Positions 52,920 through 64,000 of a DNA stretch of 64,000 bases are shown here, piece after piece. Source of the DNA: Marinicella sp. (GTDB taxonomy: Bacteria; Pseudomonadota; Gammaproteobacteria; Xanthomonadales; Marinicellaceae); contig OZ246001.1 of NCBI GenBank assembly GCA_965230295.1, positions 256,001-320,000 on the forward strand, given 5' to 3'. Below the pieces are notes generated by a model. The model saw nothing but the letters and a program-made list of their open reading frames with translations, made no database searches and was not told the origin of the DNA. A program made the translations under genes and the position numbers. Position 1 is the stretch's first letter, and every line of letters begins with the position of its first letter.

Positions 52920-53110
52920 GGGCTCCTCTTTTGTTTTTTTCCATTGTAAAAACCCAGCTGTGCTTATGTACATCCGTTGAATTGCGTATGTTTAAATTCT
53001 GCCGATAATAAAAACCCTTAAAGAACAACGCATAAATCATTGACCCGGCAACGTTGATTCAAACCGATCTAATCATTATCATAGGCTTTTGTTATTTTTG
53101 AGGTACAACG

Positions 53111-53836
53111 ATGACCCAACTGACATTTGTGGCTGGCGGCTCTAAAGGACTGGGCGCTGAATTGGTCAATAAATTCACCCTTCACAATCACCAAGTCTTT
53201 GAGTTTTCAAGATCTGGCCAAGGTGATCACCACATAGCTTGTGATTTCAGTGACAGTCAATCCAGCACCGATGTGATCAAAGCTGCATTCGCAAAACAAG
53301 CCAATCAAGACTTGAGCAGCATCAACCTGATCATCAACACCGCCATCATTGCGCCCTTTGGACCCATTGCCAAGGCTGACCACCTCAGTATCAGAAAGCA
53401 TTTAATGATCAATGTAGAAAGCACTTTGCTCTTACTCAGTGAGTTTTTGGCAGCCTTTCAAGACCATGCTGTTGATAAATCCATCACTTACATATCATCC
53501 GGTGCGGCTCGGCGAGCCATCCCAGGCATGGCGATTTATTCAGCCAGTAAAGCCTTTTTCGATCGATATATGGACACCTTGGCTGAAGAACAAACTAATG
53601 AACCCCACCCTTTTCAATGCATGACCATCAATCCAGGTGTGATGAACACAGGCATGCAAGTCGAAATACGCGCTCAGGATGCCGCTGATTTCCCCATGGT
53701 GGACATGTGGCATGAATTCCATGAGAAAGGCCAACTGGCAGACCCTAAAGACATCGCTGAAGTCTGTTACCGTTTGATCTCTGAAGAAGGTGAAAATGGC
53801 GGTTATTACACGGCGCAGGGATACCTGCCGTATTGA
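53111..53836 (+). CDS. SDR oxidoreductase (benzil/sepiapterin reductase-like)
   Basis: GGSKGLG, ISSGAA, YSASK, PGVMNTGMQ. Confidence 0.88.
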   Translation: MTQLTFVAGGSKGLGAELVNKFTLHNHQVFEFSRSGQGDHHIACDFSDSQSSTDVIKAAFAKQANQDLSSINLIINTAIIAPFGPIAKADHLSIRKHLMINVESTLLLLSEFLAAFQDHAVDKSITYISSGAARRAIPGMAIYSASKAFFDRYMDTLAEEQTNEPHPFQCMTINPGVMNTGMQVEIRAQDAADFPMVDMWHEFHEKGQLADPKDIAEVCYRLISEEGENGGYYTAQGYLPY

Positions 53837-53849
53837 TATCTCTATGATT

Positions 53850-53992
53850 CGTCATCCTCGGGCTCGACCCGGGGATCCATTGTTACAATGTTGTATCAGC
53901 AGCTGGGTAAATTTATTATGACAATATAGGTTGGATGACACTGCGTGCGTTTGCTGCGCAAACTGGATCCCGGATCGGGGTCCGGGATGACG
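53850..53992. repeat. Inverted pair of CGTC-tagged palindromes
   Basis: CGTCATCCTCGGGCTCGACCCGGGGATCCA and TGGATCCCGGATCGGGGTCCGGGATGACG flank an about 80-bp spacer. Confidence 0.85.
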
Positions 53993-54014
53993 GCATCATT
54001 GGCCTTCAATAGAC

Positions 54015-54788
54015 TCAACCCATCAAAACCGCATTCAGGTCGTAAAAACCAACGGGTTTTCCTGCCAGCCATTTGGCGGCATCCAAGGCGCCTTGGGCGA
54101 AGATGGTGGGGTCGTGGGCTTCGTGCTTGAAAGTGAATGTTTCATCGTCTAATTTAACAGAAACCTCGTGTGTTCCTGGCACCTCACCTTCACGCAAAGC
54201 ATGGATATCAACTGCACCCAATTTGAACGACTGGTCTGCTGTCTTGATCATGTTACTTTTTGGATCAATGGCTTGCGCCAAAGATATGGCGGTCCCTGAT
54301 GGCATGTCTTTTTTATGGACGTGGTGTGTTTCAGTGATGCTGAATTGGCCATTGGGATTGGTGTGCTTGACCATTTGTAGCAAATTTTTCAGAATTTGGA
54401 TGTTCAAGGAAAAATTCGAAGTCCACATCACAGGAATGTATTTGGCCGCCTGACTGATGCGGTCAAAACTCTCTTGATTCAGACCGGTTGTGCCACTGAC
54501 CAATGCAGTCTGGCCCAAAACACAGTAATCCACCAGTTCGTCAAACCCTTCAGGCTGGGCAAAATCAATCACCACATCTGCTTTCACCTCTGCCAATGTA
54601 TCAACGGCTTGAATTCCAGTGGCATTGGTTTGAATCAAATCGCCCAAGTCACGACCCAAATACTGACTACCAGGAGACACCAACCCGGCCACCAATTTAA
54701 AGTTTGTGTCATTAAGAATCAGTTTGAACAAACGGCGACCAATGCGGCCAGACACGCCGGAGATGATGACTTTGATGGGTTGATTCAT
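54015..54788 (-). CDS. dapB: 4-hydroxy-tetrahydrodipicolinate reductase
   Basis: GVSGRIG, VSGTTG, ETHHVHKKDMPSGTA, FAQGA. Confidence 0.95.
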   Translation of the reverse strand: MNQPIKVIISGVSGRIGRRLFKLILNDTNFKLVAGLVSPGSQYLGRDLGDLIQTNATGIQAVDTLAEVKADVVIDFAQPEGFDELVDYCVLGQTALVSGTTGLNQESFDRISQAAKYIPVMWTSNFSLNIQILKNLLQMVKHTNPNGQFSITETHHVHKKDMPSGTAISLAQAIDPKSNMIKTADQSFKLGAVDIHALREGEVPGTHEVSVKLDDETFTFKHEAHDPTIFAQGALDAAKWLAGKPVGFYDLNAVLMG

Positions 54789-54994
54789 ATAATTCTTCCT
54801 ATGACGACTTTCAGAAATTGTTCGTTACAATGTTTTATGACCCTATCAATTTGGTCAACCAGCCTGTTGTAGATAATGATCATTAAGTATACGTCAATCT
54901 ATGGCTTCCTTAAAGGACCTACTTTTGGTGACCACAGAACCCTGGATCGAAATCAAGAAATCTATGACTGGCCTTGTTTTATGATTTTTTCTGT

Positions 54995-55025
54995 CTGGAT
55001 CTTGCGGTCAAGCCGCAGAATGACA
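54995..55025. repeat. Single REP-like palindrome
   Basis: CTGGATCTTGCGGTCAAGCCGCAGAATGACA, same TGGAT...ATGAC frame as 29202 and 53963. Confidence 0.75.
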
Positions 55026-55055
55026 TGTTCCAAAGCTATTCTGGTTGTTTTGAGT

Positions 55056-56204
55056 TTAACCAGTCATTTTATCCAAGAAAGATTTCACATTATCAAACCA
55101 GCCTTTGCGTCTGGGGTTGTTTTTGTCTCCCGCTTCCTTGATGGTTTTTTCCAATTGTTGCAACAGCTCTTTTTGTTCTGAGGATAAATTAACCGGTGTT
55201 TCAACATTGACTTTACAATACAAATCACCGGTGCTGTGCGATCGCACTGACTTCACCCCTTTACCACGCAGACGAAACTGTTTACCGGATTGGGTCTCAG
55301 CGGGTACCTTCAGTTTCACTTCACCAGACAAAGTTGGGACATTAATCTCCCCACCCAAACAAGCGGTGGTGAAATCAATCGGCATTTCACAGTACAGTGA
55401 ATCGCCGTCACGGTTGAAAATCTTATGCGGCAGCACATGAATATCCACATACAAATCGCCAGCTGGGCCACCTTGTGGACCGGCCTCACCTTTGCCTGAC
55501 AATCTGATGCGGTCACCTTGGTCAACACCTGCAGGGATTTTCACATTCAGCTTGCGGTTTTCCTGACGACGGCCTTGGCCATTACATGAACCACACGGGT
55601 TGCTGATGACTTTGCCTTGTCCACGACAATCCGGACAGGCTTGCTGAACTGAGAACATGCCTTGTTGCATGCGAACCTGCCCAATACCGTTACAGGTTTG
55701 ACAGGTTTTGCTTTCACCATCCTTAGATCCTGTGCCCTTACAAGGGTCACAGCTGACCATGGTCGGAATGTTGATTTCTTTGTTGACACCGTTGATGGCT
55801 TCTTCCAACTCTACAGTCATTTCAATCTGCACATCCCTACCACGTTGGGGACCAGCAGACCGACCACCACCACGGCGACCACCACCAAATATGTCGCTGA
55901 ATATGTCACCAAAAATATCACCCACATCACCTTGAAAGCCACCACCGAAGCCGCCGGGGCCACCACCCGGACCTTGGCCACTGACGGCATCAAAGCCATA
56001 TTGGTCATAGGTTTGCCGTTTATTTTCATCTTTCAAGATTTCATAGGCCATCTGTGCTTCTTTAAACTTGTCCTGCGCAGAAGGGTCATCTGCATTCCTG
56101 TCAGGATGGTACTTCATCGCAGTGCGTTTAAAAGCTTTCTTGATTTCAGCTTTGGTGGCTGATTTCTGAATGCCCAGAATTTCGTATAAATCTTTTTGTG
56201 CCAT
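55056..56204 (-). CDS. dnaJ: Chaperone DnaJ
   Basis: HPD, G/F-rich region, four CxxCxGxG. Confidence 0.98.
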   Translation of the reverse strand: MAQKDLYEILGIQKSATKAEIKKAFKRTAMKYHPDRNADDPSAQDKFKEAQMAYEILKDENKRQTYDQYGFDAVSGQGPGGGPGGFGGGFQGDVGDIFGDIFSDIFGGGRRGGGRSAGPQRGRDVQIEMTVELEEAINGVNKEINIPTMVSCDPCKGTGSKDGESKTCQTCNGIGQVRMQQGMFSVQQACPDCRGQGKVISNPCGSCNGQGRRQENRKLNVKIPAGVDQGDRIRLSGKGEAGPQGGPAGDLYVDIHVLPHKIFNRDGDSLYCEMPIDFTTACLGGEINVPTLSGEVKLKVPAETQSGKQFRLRGKGVKSVRSHSTGDLYCKVNVETPVNLSSEQKELLQQLEKTIKEAGDKNNPRRKGWFDNVKSFLDKMTG

Positions 56205-56228
56205 GTTCGTTTTGGTCTTCTACTTGTT

Positions 56229-56263
56229 AAAAAACCGCCTCATACAACTGTATAAGGCGGTAT
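56229..56263 (-). terminator. Terminator-like hairpin between dnaK and dnaJ
   Basis: ACCGCCTCATACA/TGTATAAGGCGGT stem with T-run on the minus strand; second hairpin at 56325-56370. Confidence 0.6.
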
Positions 56264-56376
56264 TCACATTCATGGTGTCGGTTGACAAGCAAAGCTTGCC
56301 AGAGAAACACCTCATTTTATTTATTAAGATCACTGCGGTTTTTGCTACAGCAAAAGAAGCGGTGATCTTAATGCCT

Positions 56377-58302
56377 TCATTTCTTGTCGTCTTCGTTAAC
56401 TTCTTCAAACTCAGCATCAACGACATCATCACCTTGAGACGACGCATCGGCATCACCTGCAGGTTGTTCGGCTTGTTGTGCTTGCGCTGCCTGGGTGACT
56501 TTTTGCATCACTGGTTGCACCGCTGCTTGTAAAGCTTCACTGGCTGAATCGATGGCAGCTTTGTCATCACCTTTGGCGGCTGTTTCCAGTCCCTCAATGG
56601 CTTTTTCAATGGCTGCTTTCTCGCCTTCTTCAATGATCTCTTTGTGCTCATCCAACATTTGTTTGGTTGAGTGAGTCATCGCATCAGCTGAATTTCTGGC
56701 TTGAGACAATTCTTTGAATTCCTTGTCTTTATCAGCATTCAACTCAGCGTCTTTGATCATGTTTTCAATTTCTTCATCAGACAAACCTGAGCCCGCCTTG
56801 ATTTCAATGCGCTGCTCTTTACCGGTGGCTTTGTCTTTGGCTGACACATGGATGATGCCATTGGCATCAATATCAAAGGCCACTTCAATTTGTGGCATGC
56901 CACGAGGAGCGGCAGCAATGCCTTCTAAATTGAACTGTCCCAAAGATTTATTGGCATGGGCCACTTCACGTTCACCTTGTAACACATGTACAGTCACAGC
57001 AGATTGGTTGTCTTCGGCTGTCGAAAACACTTGTGATGCCTTGGTTGGAATCGTGGTGTTTTTCTCAATCAACTTGGTCATGACACCACCCATGGTCTCA
57101 ATACCCAGTGACAAAGGTGTGACATCTAACAACAACACATCTTTGACATCCCCGGATAACACGCCACCTTGAACCGCAGCACCCATGGCCACAGCTTCGT
57201 CGGGATTCACGTCTTTACGAGGTTTTTTACCGAAGGTTTGTTCTACGATGGTTTGTACTGCAGGCATGCGGGTTTGACCGCCAACCAAGATGACGTCAGC
57301 AATTTCACTCAATGAAATGCCTGCATCTTTGATCGCTGTTTCACAAGGAGCCACCGTTTTCTTCACCAAATCTTCAACCAACGACTCTAACTTCGAGCGG
57401 GTGATTTTCACATTCATGTGTTTAGGACCTGAAGCATCGGCCGTGATGTATGGCAAATTCACTTCCGTTTGGTCTAAGGTTGACAATTCGATTTTGGCTT
57501 TTTCAGCCGCTTCTTTCAAACGTTGTAAAGCCAATGGATCATTTTTCAGGTTGACACCTTGATCTTTTTCGAATTCTGCAACCAAATAATCCATCACGCG
57601 GTTATCAAAATCCTCACCACCTAAGAAGGTGTCACCATTGGTCGCCAACACTTCAAATTGTTGTTCGCCATCGATGTCAGCAATTTCAATGATTGAGATA
57701 TCAAAGGTACCGCCACCCAAGTCATAAACAGCGATGGTGCGATCACCACCTTTCTTGTCCATGCCATAAGCCAATGCGGCTGCTGTGGGTTCATTGATGA
57801 TGCGTTTCACTTCCAATCCAGCGATCTTACCGGCATCTTTGGTGGCTTGGCGTTGTGAATCATTGAAGTAAGCAGGCACGGTAATAACAGCTTGTGTGAC
57901 ATCCTGACCCAAATAATCTTCTGCCGTACTTTTCATTTTTTCCAAGATACGGGCTGAAATTTCTTGTGGCGCCATTTTCTTACCGCGCACTTCTACCCAA
58001 GCATCGCCGTTATCAGCACCGATGATTTTGTAGGGCACGATGTCTTGGTCTTTTTTAACCACATCTTCGTTGAATTTTCTGCCGATCAAACGTTTGATGG
58101 CAAATAATGTATTTTCCGGGTTTGTGACTGCTTGTCTTTTTGCAGCTTGACCCACAATGGTTTTACCTTCTTCTGTGAAAGCCACAATAGAAGGGGTTGT
58201 TCTATCACCTTCGGCGTTTTCGATGACTTTGATGTCATTGCCTTCCATGATAGCGACGCAGGAATTGGTGGTTCCTAAATCTATACCTATTACTTTTGAC
58301 AT
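56377..58302 (-). CDS. dnaK: Chaperone DnaK
   Basis: [32 protein letters not shown]. Confidence 0.99.
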   Translation of the reverse strand: MSKVIGIDLGTTNSCVAIMEGNDIKVIENAEGDRTTPSIVAFTEEGKTIVGQAAKRQAVTNPENTLFAIKRLIGRKFNEDVVKKDQDIVPYKIIGADNGDAWVEVRGKKMAPQEISARILEKMKSTAEDYLGQDVTQAVITVPAYFNDSQRQATKDAGKIAGLEVKRIINEPTAAALAYGMDKKGGDRTIAVYDLGGGTFDISIIEIADIDGEQQFEVLATNGDTFLGGEDFDNRVMDYLVAEFEKDQGVNLKNDPLALQRLKEAAEKAKIELSTLDQTEVNLPYITADASGPKHMNVKITRSKLESLVEDLVKKTVAPCETAIKDAGISLSEIADVILVGGQTRMPAVQTIVEQTFGKKPRKDVNPDEAVAMGAAVQGGVLSGDVKDVLLLDVTPLSLGIETMGGVMTKLIEKNTTIPTKASQVFSTAEDNQSAVTVHVLQGEREVAHANKSLGQFNLEGIAAAPRGMPQIEVAFDIDANGIIHVSAKDKATGKEQRIEIKAGSGLSDEEIENMIKDAELNADKDKEFKELSQARNSADAMTHSTKQMLDEHKEIIEEGEKAAIEKAIEGLETAAKGDDKAAIDSASEALQAAVQPVMQKVTQAAQAQQAEQPAGDADASSQGDDVVDAEFEEVNEDDKK

Positions 58303-58370
58303 TTTTTAACCTCTAAAATATTTTGTTTCTTAACTGACCTCTATTTAAGGTCTGTTTCAATTTTTTCAAC

Positions 58371-58976
58371 TTACTGGGCAACCACAACCATGGCAGCTCG
58401 AACCACTCGGCCATTTAGCAGGTAGCCTTTTTGGAATACATTCACAATGGTGTTCTTTTCATGATCAGGAGAAGCAACCATACTCATGGCTTCATGAATT
58501 TCCGGATCAAACTTTTCACCCACGGGATCAACGATTTCAATGCCGTTGTCAGTCAAGACTTTGGCAAATATCTTTTGGGTATTTTGGGTGCCTTCAATCA
58601 TGGCTTCTGTGGTCACTTCACAGGCCTCATCATCGATCACTTCGAGTGCCTTATCGAAACTGTCCATCACCGGGACCATGGCCTTGATGATTTTGTCGTT
58701 GGCAAACTTGCGGGTGTTGTCCAAATCTCTTTGTAAACGTTTCTGCAAATTCATCCCTTCGGCAACCACACGCAACACTTCTTCATCCTTTTCTGCCAAC
58801 AGTGCTTTTTTCTCATCCAGCTCTGTTTGCAGTGATTCGATTTTGGCCTGCATTTGCTCTAAGGCTGACAGTTCATCATCATCCAATTCTGCAATCACCA
58901 CTTCATCTTCTGCGGCCATTTCTTCAGTATCTACGGCTTCGTTTTCATCCACTTGATTTACGTTTTCCTCAGTCAT
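58371..58976 (-). CDS. grpE: Nucleotide exchange factor GrpE
   Basis: FDPEIHEAM, QKGYLLNGRVVRAAMV. Confidence 0.96.
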   Translation of the reverse strand: MTEENVNQVDENEAVDTEEMAAEDEVVIAELDDDELSALEQMQAKIESLQTELDEKKALLAEKDEEVLRVVAEGMNLQKRLQRDLDNTRKFANDKIIKAMVPVMDSFDKALEVIDDEACEVTTEAMIEGTQNTQKIFAKVLTDNGIEIVDPVGEKFDPEIHEAMSMVASPDHEKNTIVNVFQKGYLLNGRVVRAAMVVVAQ

Positions 58977-59006
58977 AATTACCAGTACATATTAATAATG
59001 GCAGTG

Positions 59007-59034
59007 ATATGGTGTTTACAGATGACAATTCAAG
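59007..59034 (-). promoter_or_regulatory. Sigma32 heat-shock promoter of grpE-dnaK-dnaJ
   Basis: CTTGAA-14 bp-CACCATAT on the minus strand. Confidence 0.75.
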
Positions 59035-59083
59035 GCAGTGTGGTTAAAATTAAGCTTCATTTTAGGATTTTTTTCACCACACC

Positions 59084-60745
59084 ATGTTGCAATCACTTTA
59101 CATCGAAAATTTTGTCCTTATCGATCATTTGGAAATTGATTTTCACCCTAAGATGTCAGTCTTTACAGGTGAAACAGGTGCTGGCAAATCCATCATCATT
59201 GGCGCCTTGTCCCTGGCCTTGGGCAACCGTGCTGACACCCAAGCCATTGGTCCATTTGCAGAGCAAACTGAAATCATTGCCGAATTCAACATTGCCAACA
59301 ACTTGCAGGCCATACAATGGTTAACTGATCAAGACTTAGCCAACCATGATGAACTGATCATCCGTCGCACCATCAACCAACAAGGCAGGAGCAAACAATG
59401 GGTCAATGGACGCCCCACGCCATCTGGCTTGGTCAAGGAACTCAGTCAACACCTGGTGCAAATCCATGGTCAACATGATCAAATAAAGTTGTTAAAGAAC
59501 CACAACCAATTGACCATTTTAGATCAAGCCGGTGAACACCCTTTGTTGCTGAAACAAACCCAGGAAGCGGTGAAAAAAATCCAACACATTGAGCATGAGA
59601 TCAACGCACTGACAGAAGCTGGTTCAATGAACCCAGAACAAGTGCAGTTGCTGCAATACCAATTTGAAGAGTTGCAACAACTGGAACTGAGTGAGGGCGA
59701 ATACGAGACACTTCATGAGTCATTGACCACTGCAGCCCACGCACAGGAGTTGATCCAAACCATTGATGAGTCGATCCAGGTCATTGCAGAAGCTGACCAA
59801 AGTGTAGAAAACCAACTGGGCCAGATCATCAACCAACTCAAACAAGCCAAAGGCCGGGATTTTTCCGAAATCTGTCAGATGCTGGATGAGTCACTGATCA
59901 ACATCAATGAAGCCCAGCAAGAATTGAAATCAATGGCAGAAGGCATTGACAATGATCCATCACACTTGTCTGCGATTGAAACCCGCCTTGAACAGATCAG
60001 CCACATTGCCCGCAAGCAGCAAATCATGCCAGAGCTGTTGTACCAACATCATCAGGAATTGGGCAACACCCTGACCAAACATGCCGACTTATCCAGCAGC
60101 CAAAAACAGCTGGAGGAACAAAGGCTACAGGCTCTGAAGACATACCGACAACTGGCACAAAAACTGTCTGATCAAAGAAAACAATCCGCTAAAAAGTTAG
60201 CTAAAACCATCACCAGAACGATTCAGGATTTGGGCTTACCTGAAGCTGATTTCAGCATCCAAGTATCCCATGATGCTGATGCCAAACCCAAAACACTGGG
60301 CAATGACCACATTGAATTCATGATTGCTGCCAACAAAGGGCAAAAATTCCAACCTTTGAATAAAACCGCTTCAGGTGGTGAACTGTCCAGAATTTCCTTG
60401 GCCATCGAAGTCAGTACCCAGCAAAAGAACCAAAACCAGGCGTTTGTGTTCGATGAAGTAGATACCGGTATCGGTGGCGCCACTGCAGAAAAAGTGGGCC
60501 ACATCATGCAACAACTCAGCCATCACAACCAAGTTTTTGCCGTGACTCATTTACCTCAAGTGGCCGGCCATGCCCATGATCACATGTTGGTCAGTAAATC
60601 CACCCATGGCAAATACACCACCTCTGCCATTGCACATTTAAGTGAAACTCAACGCATTGAGGAACTGGCGCGCATGTCGGGTGGTCAAAACATCACCGAA
60701 GCCACTTTGGCACAGGCCCGGGAATTCCTCAAAACTGGTTCCTGA
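59084..60745 (+). CDS. recN: DNA repair protein RecN
   Basis: TGETGAGKS, IHGQH, ASGGELSR, FDEVDTGIGG, VTHLPQVA. Confidence 0.97.
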   Translation: MLQSLYIENFVLIDHLEIDFHPKMSVFTGETGAGKSIIIGALSLALGNRADTQAIGPFAEQTEIIAEFNIANNLQAIQWLTDQDLANHDELIIRRTINQQGRSKQWVNGRPTPSGLVKELSQHLVQIHGQHDQIKLLKNHNQLTILDQAGEHPLLLKQTQEAVKKIQHIEHEINALTEAGSMNPEQVQLLQYQFEELQQLELSEGEYETLHESLTTAAHAQELIQTIDESIQVIAEADQSVENQLGQIINQLKQAKGRDFSEICQMLDESLININEAQQELKSMAEGIDNDPSHLSAIETRLEQISHIARKQQIMPELLYQHHQELGNTLTKHADLSSSQKQLEEQRLQALKTYRQLAQKLSDQRKQSAKKLAKTITRTIQDLGLPEADFSIQVSHDADAKPKTLGNDHIEFMIAANKGQKFQPLNKTASGGELSRISLAIEVSTQQKNQNQAFVFDEVDTGIGGATAEKVGHIMQQLSHHNQVFAVTHLPQVAGHAHDHMLVSKSTHGKYTTSAIAHLSETQRIEELARMSGGQNITEATLAQAREFLKTGS

Positions 60746-60784
60746 GGTTCTGTTAAGATAGGGCCAACTTGAATCAAGGCTAGT

Positions 60785-61939
60785 ATGATGAAAATTCTTT
60801 TTGGGATACTGACATTGTTGTCACACCAGGTTTTGGCCACGAACCAACAAGCCAACGCAGAAAACATGCCTGGCAAAATGTCAACAGAGCAAATGGCTGC
60901 AGCTGAAGCGGAATACGCGCTGTGGTTCAATCAACTCAATTCTTATTTGCTGTCTTCGTCTGACCCATATGAAATGTCTTTGGGTTTGGCTGCCATTTTG
61001 AATGGCACGTTGAATGACTTGAGTCAACAGCCTGAAAATCAACAATTGAAGGACAATTTAAACAGTCACATCAAAATCCTGAATGGCATCATTCAACAAG
61101 ACAAATTATCTGCCACAACCCTGGAACTGTTACTGAATTGGTGTTTTAAAAAAGAAATTGCCAATCAATGCCACCAGGATGCCTTGCTGGATAAACAACT
61201 GCAATTGTCACCTGAAAACCTAAGCGTCTATCTAAAACCCTTGGCTTTGGCATTGGCCCGAAAGGATCAAGTTTTGACCGATAAAATCATTGCCTTGATG
61301 AGTGAAACCACATACAACCAAACCACTCAATACATTGCTGAATCATTCAGTAAAAAAATAGATGAATACATCAACAACAACCCCATCCCAGAAAGCGCAA
61401 TCACTGCATTCAAAGATGACAAGGCCTTGTTAGATGGCGTTGCCGAGGACATCAAAGCCAACCTGGATCAACGCATTCAGGATTACTTCCCTGCTTCCAT
61501 TAAAATGTCCTATGTATATTTGTTCAACTCAGCAGACAGCAAACCCCTTTATGAACTGTGTAAGAACAGGTCTGACTTATTTAAAAAATGTGTCAACATA
61601 ACCCAGATTTTAATCAACGACAGCAACTCCATACAATTCAAAGGATTGGGTTATGCCATGTTAATGGCCATTCATGAGAGTATGGGAGAAGTCAATTTAT
61701 TAAGAGAAGTTCAGCGCAAACAGGAAAAATACAAAACCACCATCCAATGCCTGACCAAAGCCACCCAATCGAATCATTTTATGGATAATTTTTTGGATCC
61801 CAAATACCAGGAAATCAATTTATTACCCATCAAAGAAATCAATAAACTGGAATTATTGGCTTCCTATGTTTATCAAAAAAACAAGGGCACCGATCCCAAG
61901 TTGCGTGACCCCAAGACTTGTCACATTTCAAATCCATGA
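60785..61939 (+). CDS. Hypothetical exported helical protein
   Basis: 384-aa ORF with signal peptide and six Cys; no recognised domain. Confidence 0.7.
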   Translation: MMKILFGILTLLSHQVLATNQQANAENMPGKMSTEQMAAAEAEYALWFNQLNSYLLSSSDPYEMSLGLAAILNGTLNDLSQQPENQQLKDNLNSHIKILNGIIQQDKLSATTLELLLNWCFKKEIANQCHQDALLDKQLQLSPENLSVYLKPLALALARKDQVLTDKIIALMSETTYNQTTQYIAESFSKKIDEYINNNPIPESAITAFKDDKALLDGVAEDIKANLDQRIQDYFPASIKMSYVYLFNSADSKPLYELCKNRSDLFKKCVNITQILINDSNSIQFKGLGYAMLMAIHESMGEVNLLREVQRKQEKYKTTIQCLTKATQSNHFMDNFLDPKYQEINLLPIKEINKLELLASYVYQKNKGTDPKLRDPKTCHISNP

Positions 61940-62886
61940 ACAAAAATTATTTCGTTCAATGGGGCGGTGTTGTTGGGGTTATCCGCAAAGGCAACCCATT
62001 CGCCATTGCCGCTGTTACCAGCCATCAAAGCACCTGTTGGAGAATTGGCATTCGAGCTGTCCAGGACTTTTGGCCCCTGCCCTTCTTCAAAACGGTAGTT
62101 ACCAACCAACCCAAAGGCTGAGTTATTGATGACCAAGAATCGATCGCGATGGATATCACTGATCGTTCGAGCCACATTCCAAACCCTCAACTCATCTAAA
62201 TAGCCATTGAATGACGGGTATGCCGACCCTGCATCATGTTTTTCTGCCGCCACCACCAAAAACCAGCCATAAGGCGTGAGCTGACCGGTGTTGCAATTTC
62301 CTGTTACGGGCACCCCGTCATCAGGGTATGACAAATCAGCTTGGTTGACACCCAAAGAACTGGCATAATCCAACGACCCATCAACAACGATGCTCAACTG
62401 ACCTGCTTGTGCATCTCGCACCAATGCGATGTGGTGCCATTGGTCATCCAACACATCTGCATTGCCTTCAATGGTCCAGGAAGAACTGCCACCGGCATCA
62501 CCTTCCCCAACACCGAAGCGAATCTTGCCGCCCATCACACTGACCCCGAAATTGCGTTCAGTACCGCACCACACATCACGATCCAGAATGATGTTGCCTT
62601 CAATCCAGTTGTAATCATTGAAATCGATGCCTCCGCCTGCATTTTGGGTGGGGTTATCACTCAGTTGGCCCCGCATCCAGAACTCAAAGGTGAAATCACC
62701 ACCCACATCCAGCAAACTTGAGTTAGCCCCAGCCACGTTGTCATCCACAGGAATCAAAATGCGGTCTTGCTGACCAGGCGGACCGACACCTGTACCAAAA
62801 AAACGCAGGGCATGGTTGGATTGTGATATGGACGCTTTGGTCATCAATAATAGCAAAGCACCTAATATAATCGACTTTATATTCAT
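61921..62886 (-). CDS. Secreted LamG/concanavalin A-like jelly-roll protein
   Basis: Signal peptide from ATG 62886; FTFEFW, WHHIALVRD, FNGYLDELRVWN, LVGNYRFEEG; ends NEIIFVHGFEM. Confidence 0.82.
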   Translation of the reverse strand: MNIKSIILGALLLLMTKASISQSNHALRFFGTGVGPPGQQDRILIPVDDNVAGANSSLLDVGGDFTFEFWMRGQLSDNPTQNAGGGIDFNDYNWIEGNIILDRDVWCGTERNFGVSVMGGKIRFGVGEGDAGGSSSWTIEGNADVLDDQWHHIALVRDAQAGQLSIVVDGSLDYASSLGVNQADLSYPDDGVPVTGNCNTGQLTPYGWFLVVAAEKHDAGSAYPSFNGYLDELRVWNVARTISDIHRDRFLVINNSAFGLVGNYRFEEGQGPKVLDSSNANSPTGALMAGNSGNGEWVAFADNPNNTAPLNEIIFVHGFEM

Positions 62887-63207
62887 CACCATCGGTATAA
62901 TTAACATGTAACCATTGGAAAATATTGACACATAAATAGTTAAAATCCCACCACAACACTTAAAACTTGCAACGTGAGTCACATATAAGGCATGTTCTTG
63001 GGCCTTTACAGCCATGGTTTCATGCAATTGTCAGCATTTAACACTTCCAAGTAGGTCCATTCGCTATTGTGAATGGACTGAAGCAGCCGAAGGATTCTCG
63101 ACAAAAGTGAAATCATTCTAAAAATCACTGAAATGATGTACCCAGTTCAATTTTTATGATGTGGTGGTGTGGTAGCATAGACACGGTTTTTAAGTATGGA
63201 ACGATTA

Positions 63208-64000
63208 ATGAAATTAGTTTTGGGTTTATTGGGTTGTTTATTTTTAATGACAGCAGCTGCTGAAGAAGCTGATTTACTGGTTTTAAATATTGATGGCATT
63301 GGCCCAGAATTACTCAACCAAACCAAAGCCATGGAAGGCGTAGACTGGTGGCTTGAAATGGGTGATAAGATGCTGGTCTCAACCAAGCAAAATAAAAGTA
63401 TTCAGTTACCCACTGGTGTAAAGCTTGAATCAGTCCTGCGAAATTTCAATACAAATGACATGGCATTTCACGTATTGGGACACTGTGACCACAGCGAAAT
63501 GGATGACATATTACATGACAACTTGGATGTGGTATATGCCGGAATGACAACAAGAATAGTCAGCCTCAAGAACGTGACTGATAAAAGCCAACTCATCAAA
63601 CATGAGTCTATATTACCTTTTGTAAAAAATCAGGTGTTAACCTATCAGCTTAAAAACCGCAGTTTCACCCATCAACAACAAAAAAATGCACAAGTACAAT
63701 CTTTGGTTGATCAAGTGGATAAGGACCGTTGGTACAGTCAAGTTGAGTATTTTTCGGGGTTGGATCGAATGTTAGAAACTGATCTGGATACTTCAGGAGA
63801 TTGGTTGGAAGGTAAGTTCAGTGACTTGGGTTTAACAACTTCGCGAGTTACATTGCACAACCATTATCGAGGGACCAATGTTTTGGGCTTTAAACAGGGT
63901 ACCAGCCGACCGGATGACTGGTACGTGGTAGGTGCTCATATGGATTCACGCAACAGGTTTTGGGATGACAGCCAACCCTCTCCAGGTGCAGAAGACAACG
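63208..64000 (+). CDS. Secreted M28 family aminopeptidase, partial (runs off window; absent from ORF track)
   Basis: Open frame MKLVLGLLGCLFL... to window end containing VVGAHMDS and SPGAEDN zinc-ligand motifs. Confidence 0.85.
   Translation, partial: MKLVLGLLGCLFLMTAAAEEADLLVLNIDGIGPELLNQTKAMEGVDWWLEMGDKMLVSTKQNKSIQLPTGVKLESVLRNFNTNDMAFHVLGHCDHSEMDDILHDNLDVVYAGMTTRIVSLKNVTDKSQLIKHESILPFVKNQVLTYQLKNRSFTHQQQKNAQVQSLVDQVDKDRWYSQVEYFSGLDRMLETDLDTSGDWLEGKFSDLGLTTSRVTLHNHYRGTNVLGFKQGTSRPDDWYVVGAHMDSRNRFWDDSQPSPGAEDN

Noticed and set aside
58977-59083. hrcA/CIRCE control of the dnaK operon
   Set aside because: No room for hrcA and no TTAGCACTC-N9-GAGTGCTAA; a sigma32 promoter is present instead
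63028-63200. Hairpin GTCCATTCGC/GTGAATGGAC as a riboswitch
   Set aside because: Single stem with no recognisable aptamer consensus

Overview
Mostly core chromosome of a marine-type gammaproteobacterium (Marinicella/Xanthomonadales-like gene content; this is inference). Housekeeping blocks are thrS-infC-rpmI-rplT, a 2-oxoacid dehydrogenase E1a/E1b/E2 operon, a stand-alone EF-G, fadIJ, rplM-rpsI, ygfB/zapB-zapA-6S RNA-ygfA-rpiA, a long ndk-rlmN-pilW-rodZ-hisS-dedD-cvpA-purF-ubiH-ubiI run, a PsrA-led beta-oxidation operon, and recN/grpE-dnaK-dnaJ-dapB. Highlights: (1) an HvfA/bufferin-type MNIO (DUF692) RiPP cluster whose precursor has 18 EGKCG cysteines; (2) a full-length FadE homolog that has lost its FAD-binding and catalytic motifs; (3) two unrelated secreted proteins ending in a shared (D/E)xIFxx(G/D)FE tail, a candidate sorting signal; (4) a 264-bp MITE that splits a small gene missed by the ORF track; (5) nested REP-like palindromes; (6) an ATC-initiated infC; (7) a papain-like protease/alpha-beta hydrolase fusion. 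No rRNA, tRNA, CRISPR array or transposase was seen. All family calls come from motif recognition by eye, not database searches.
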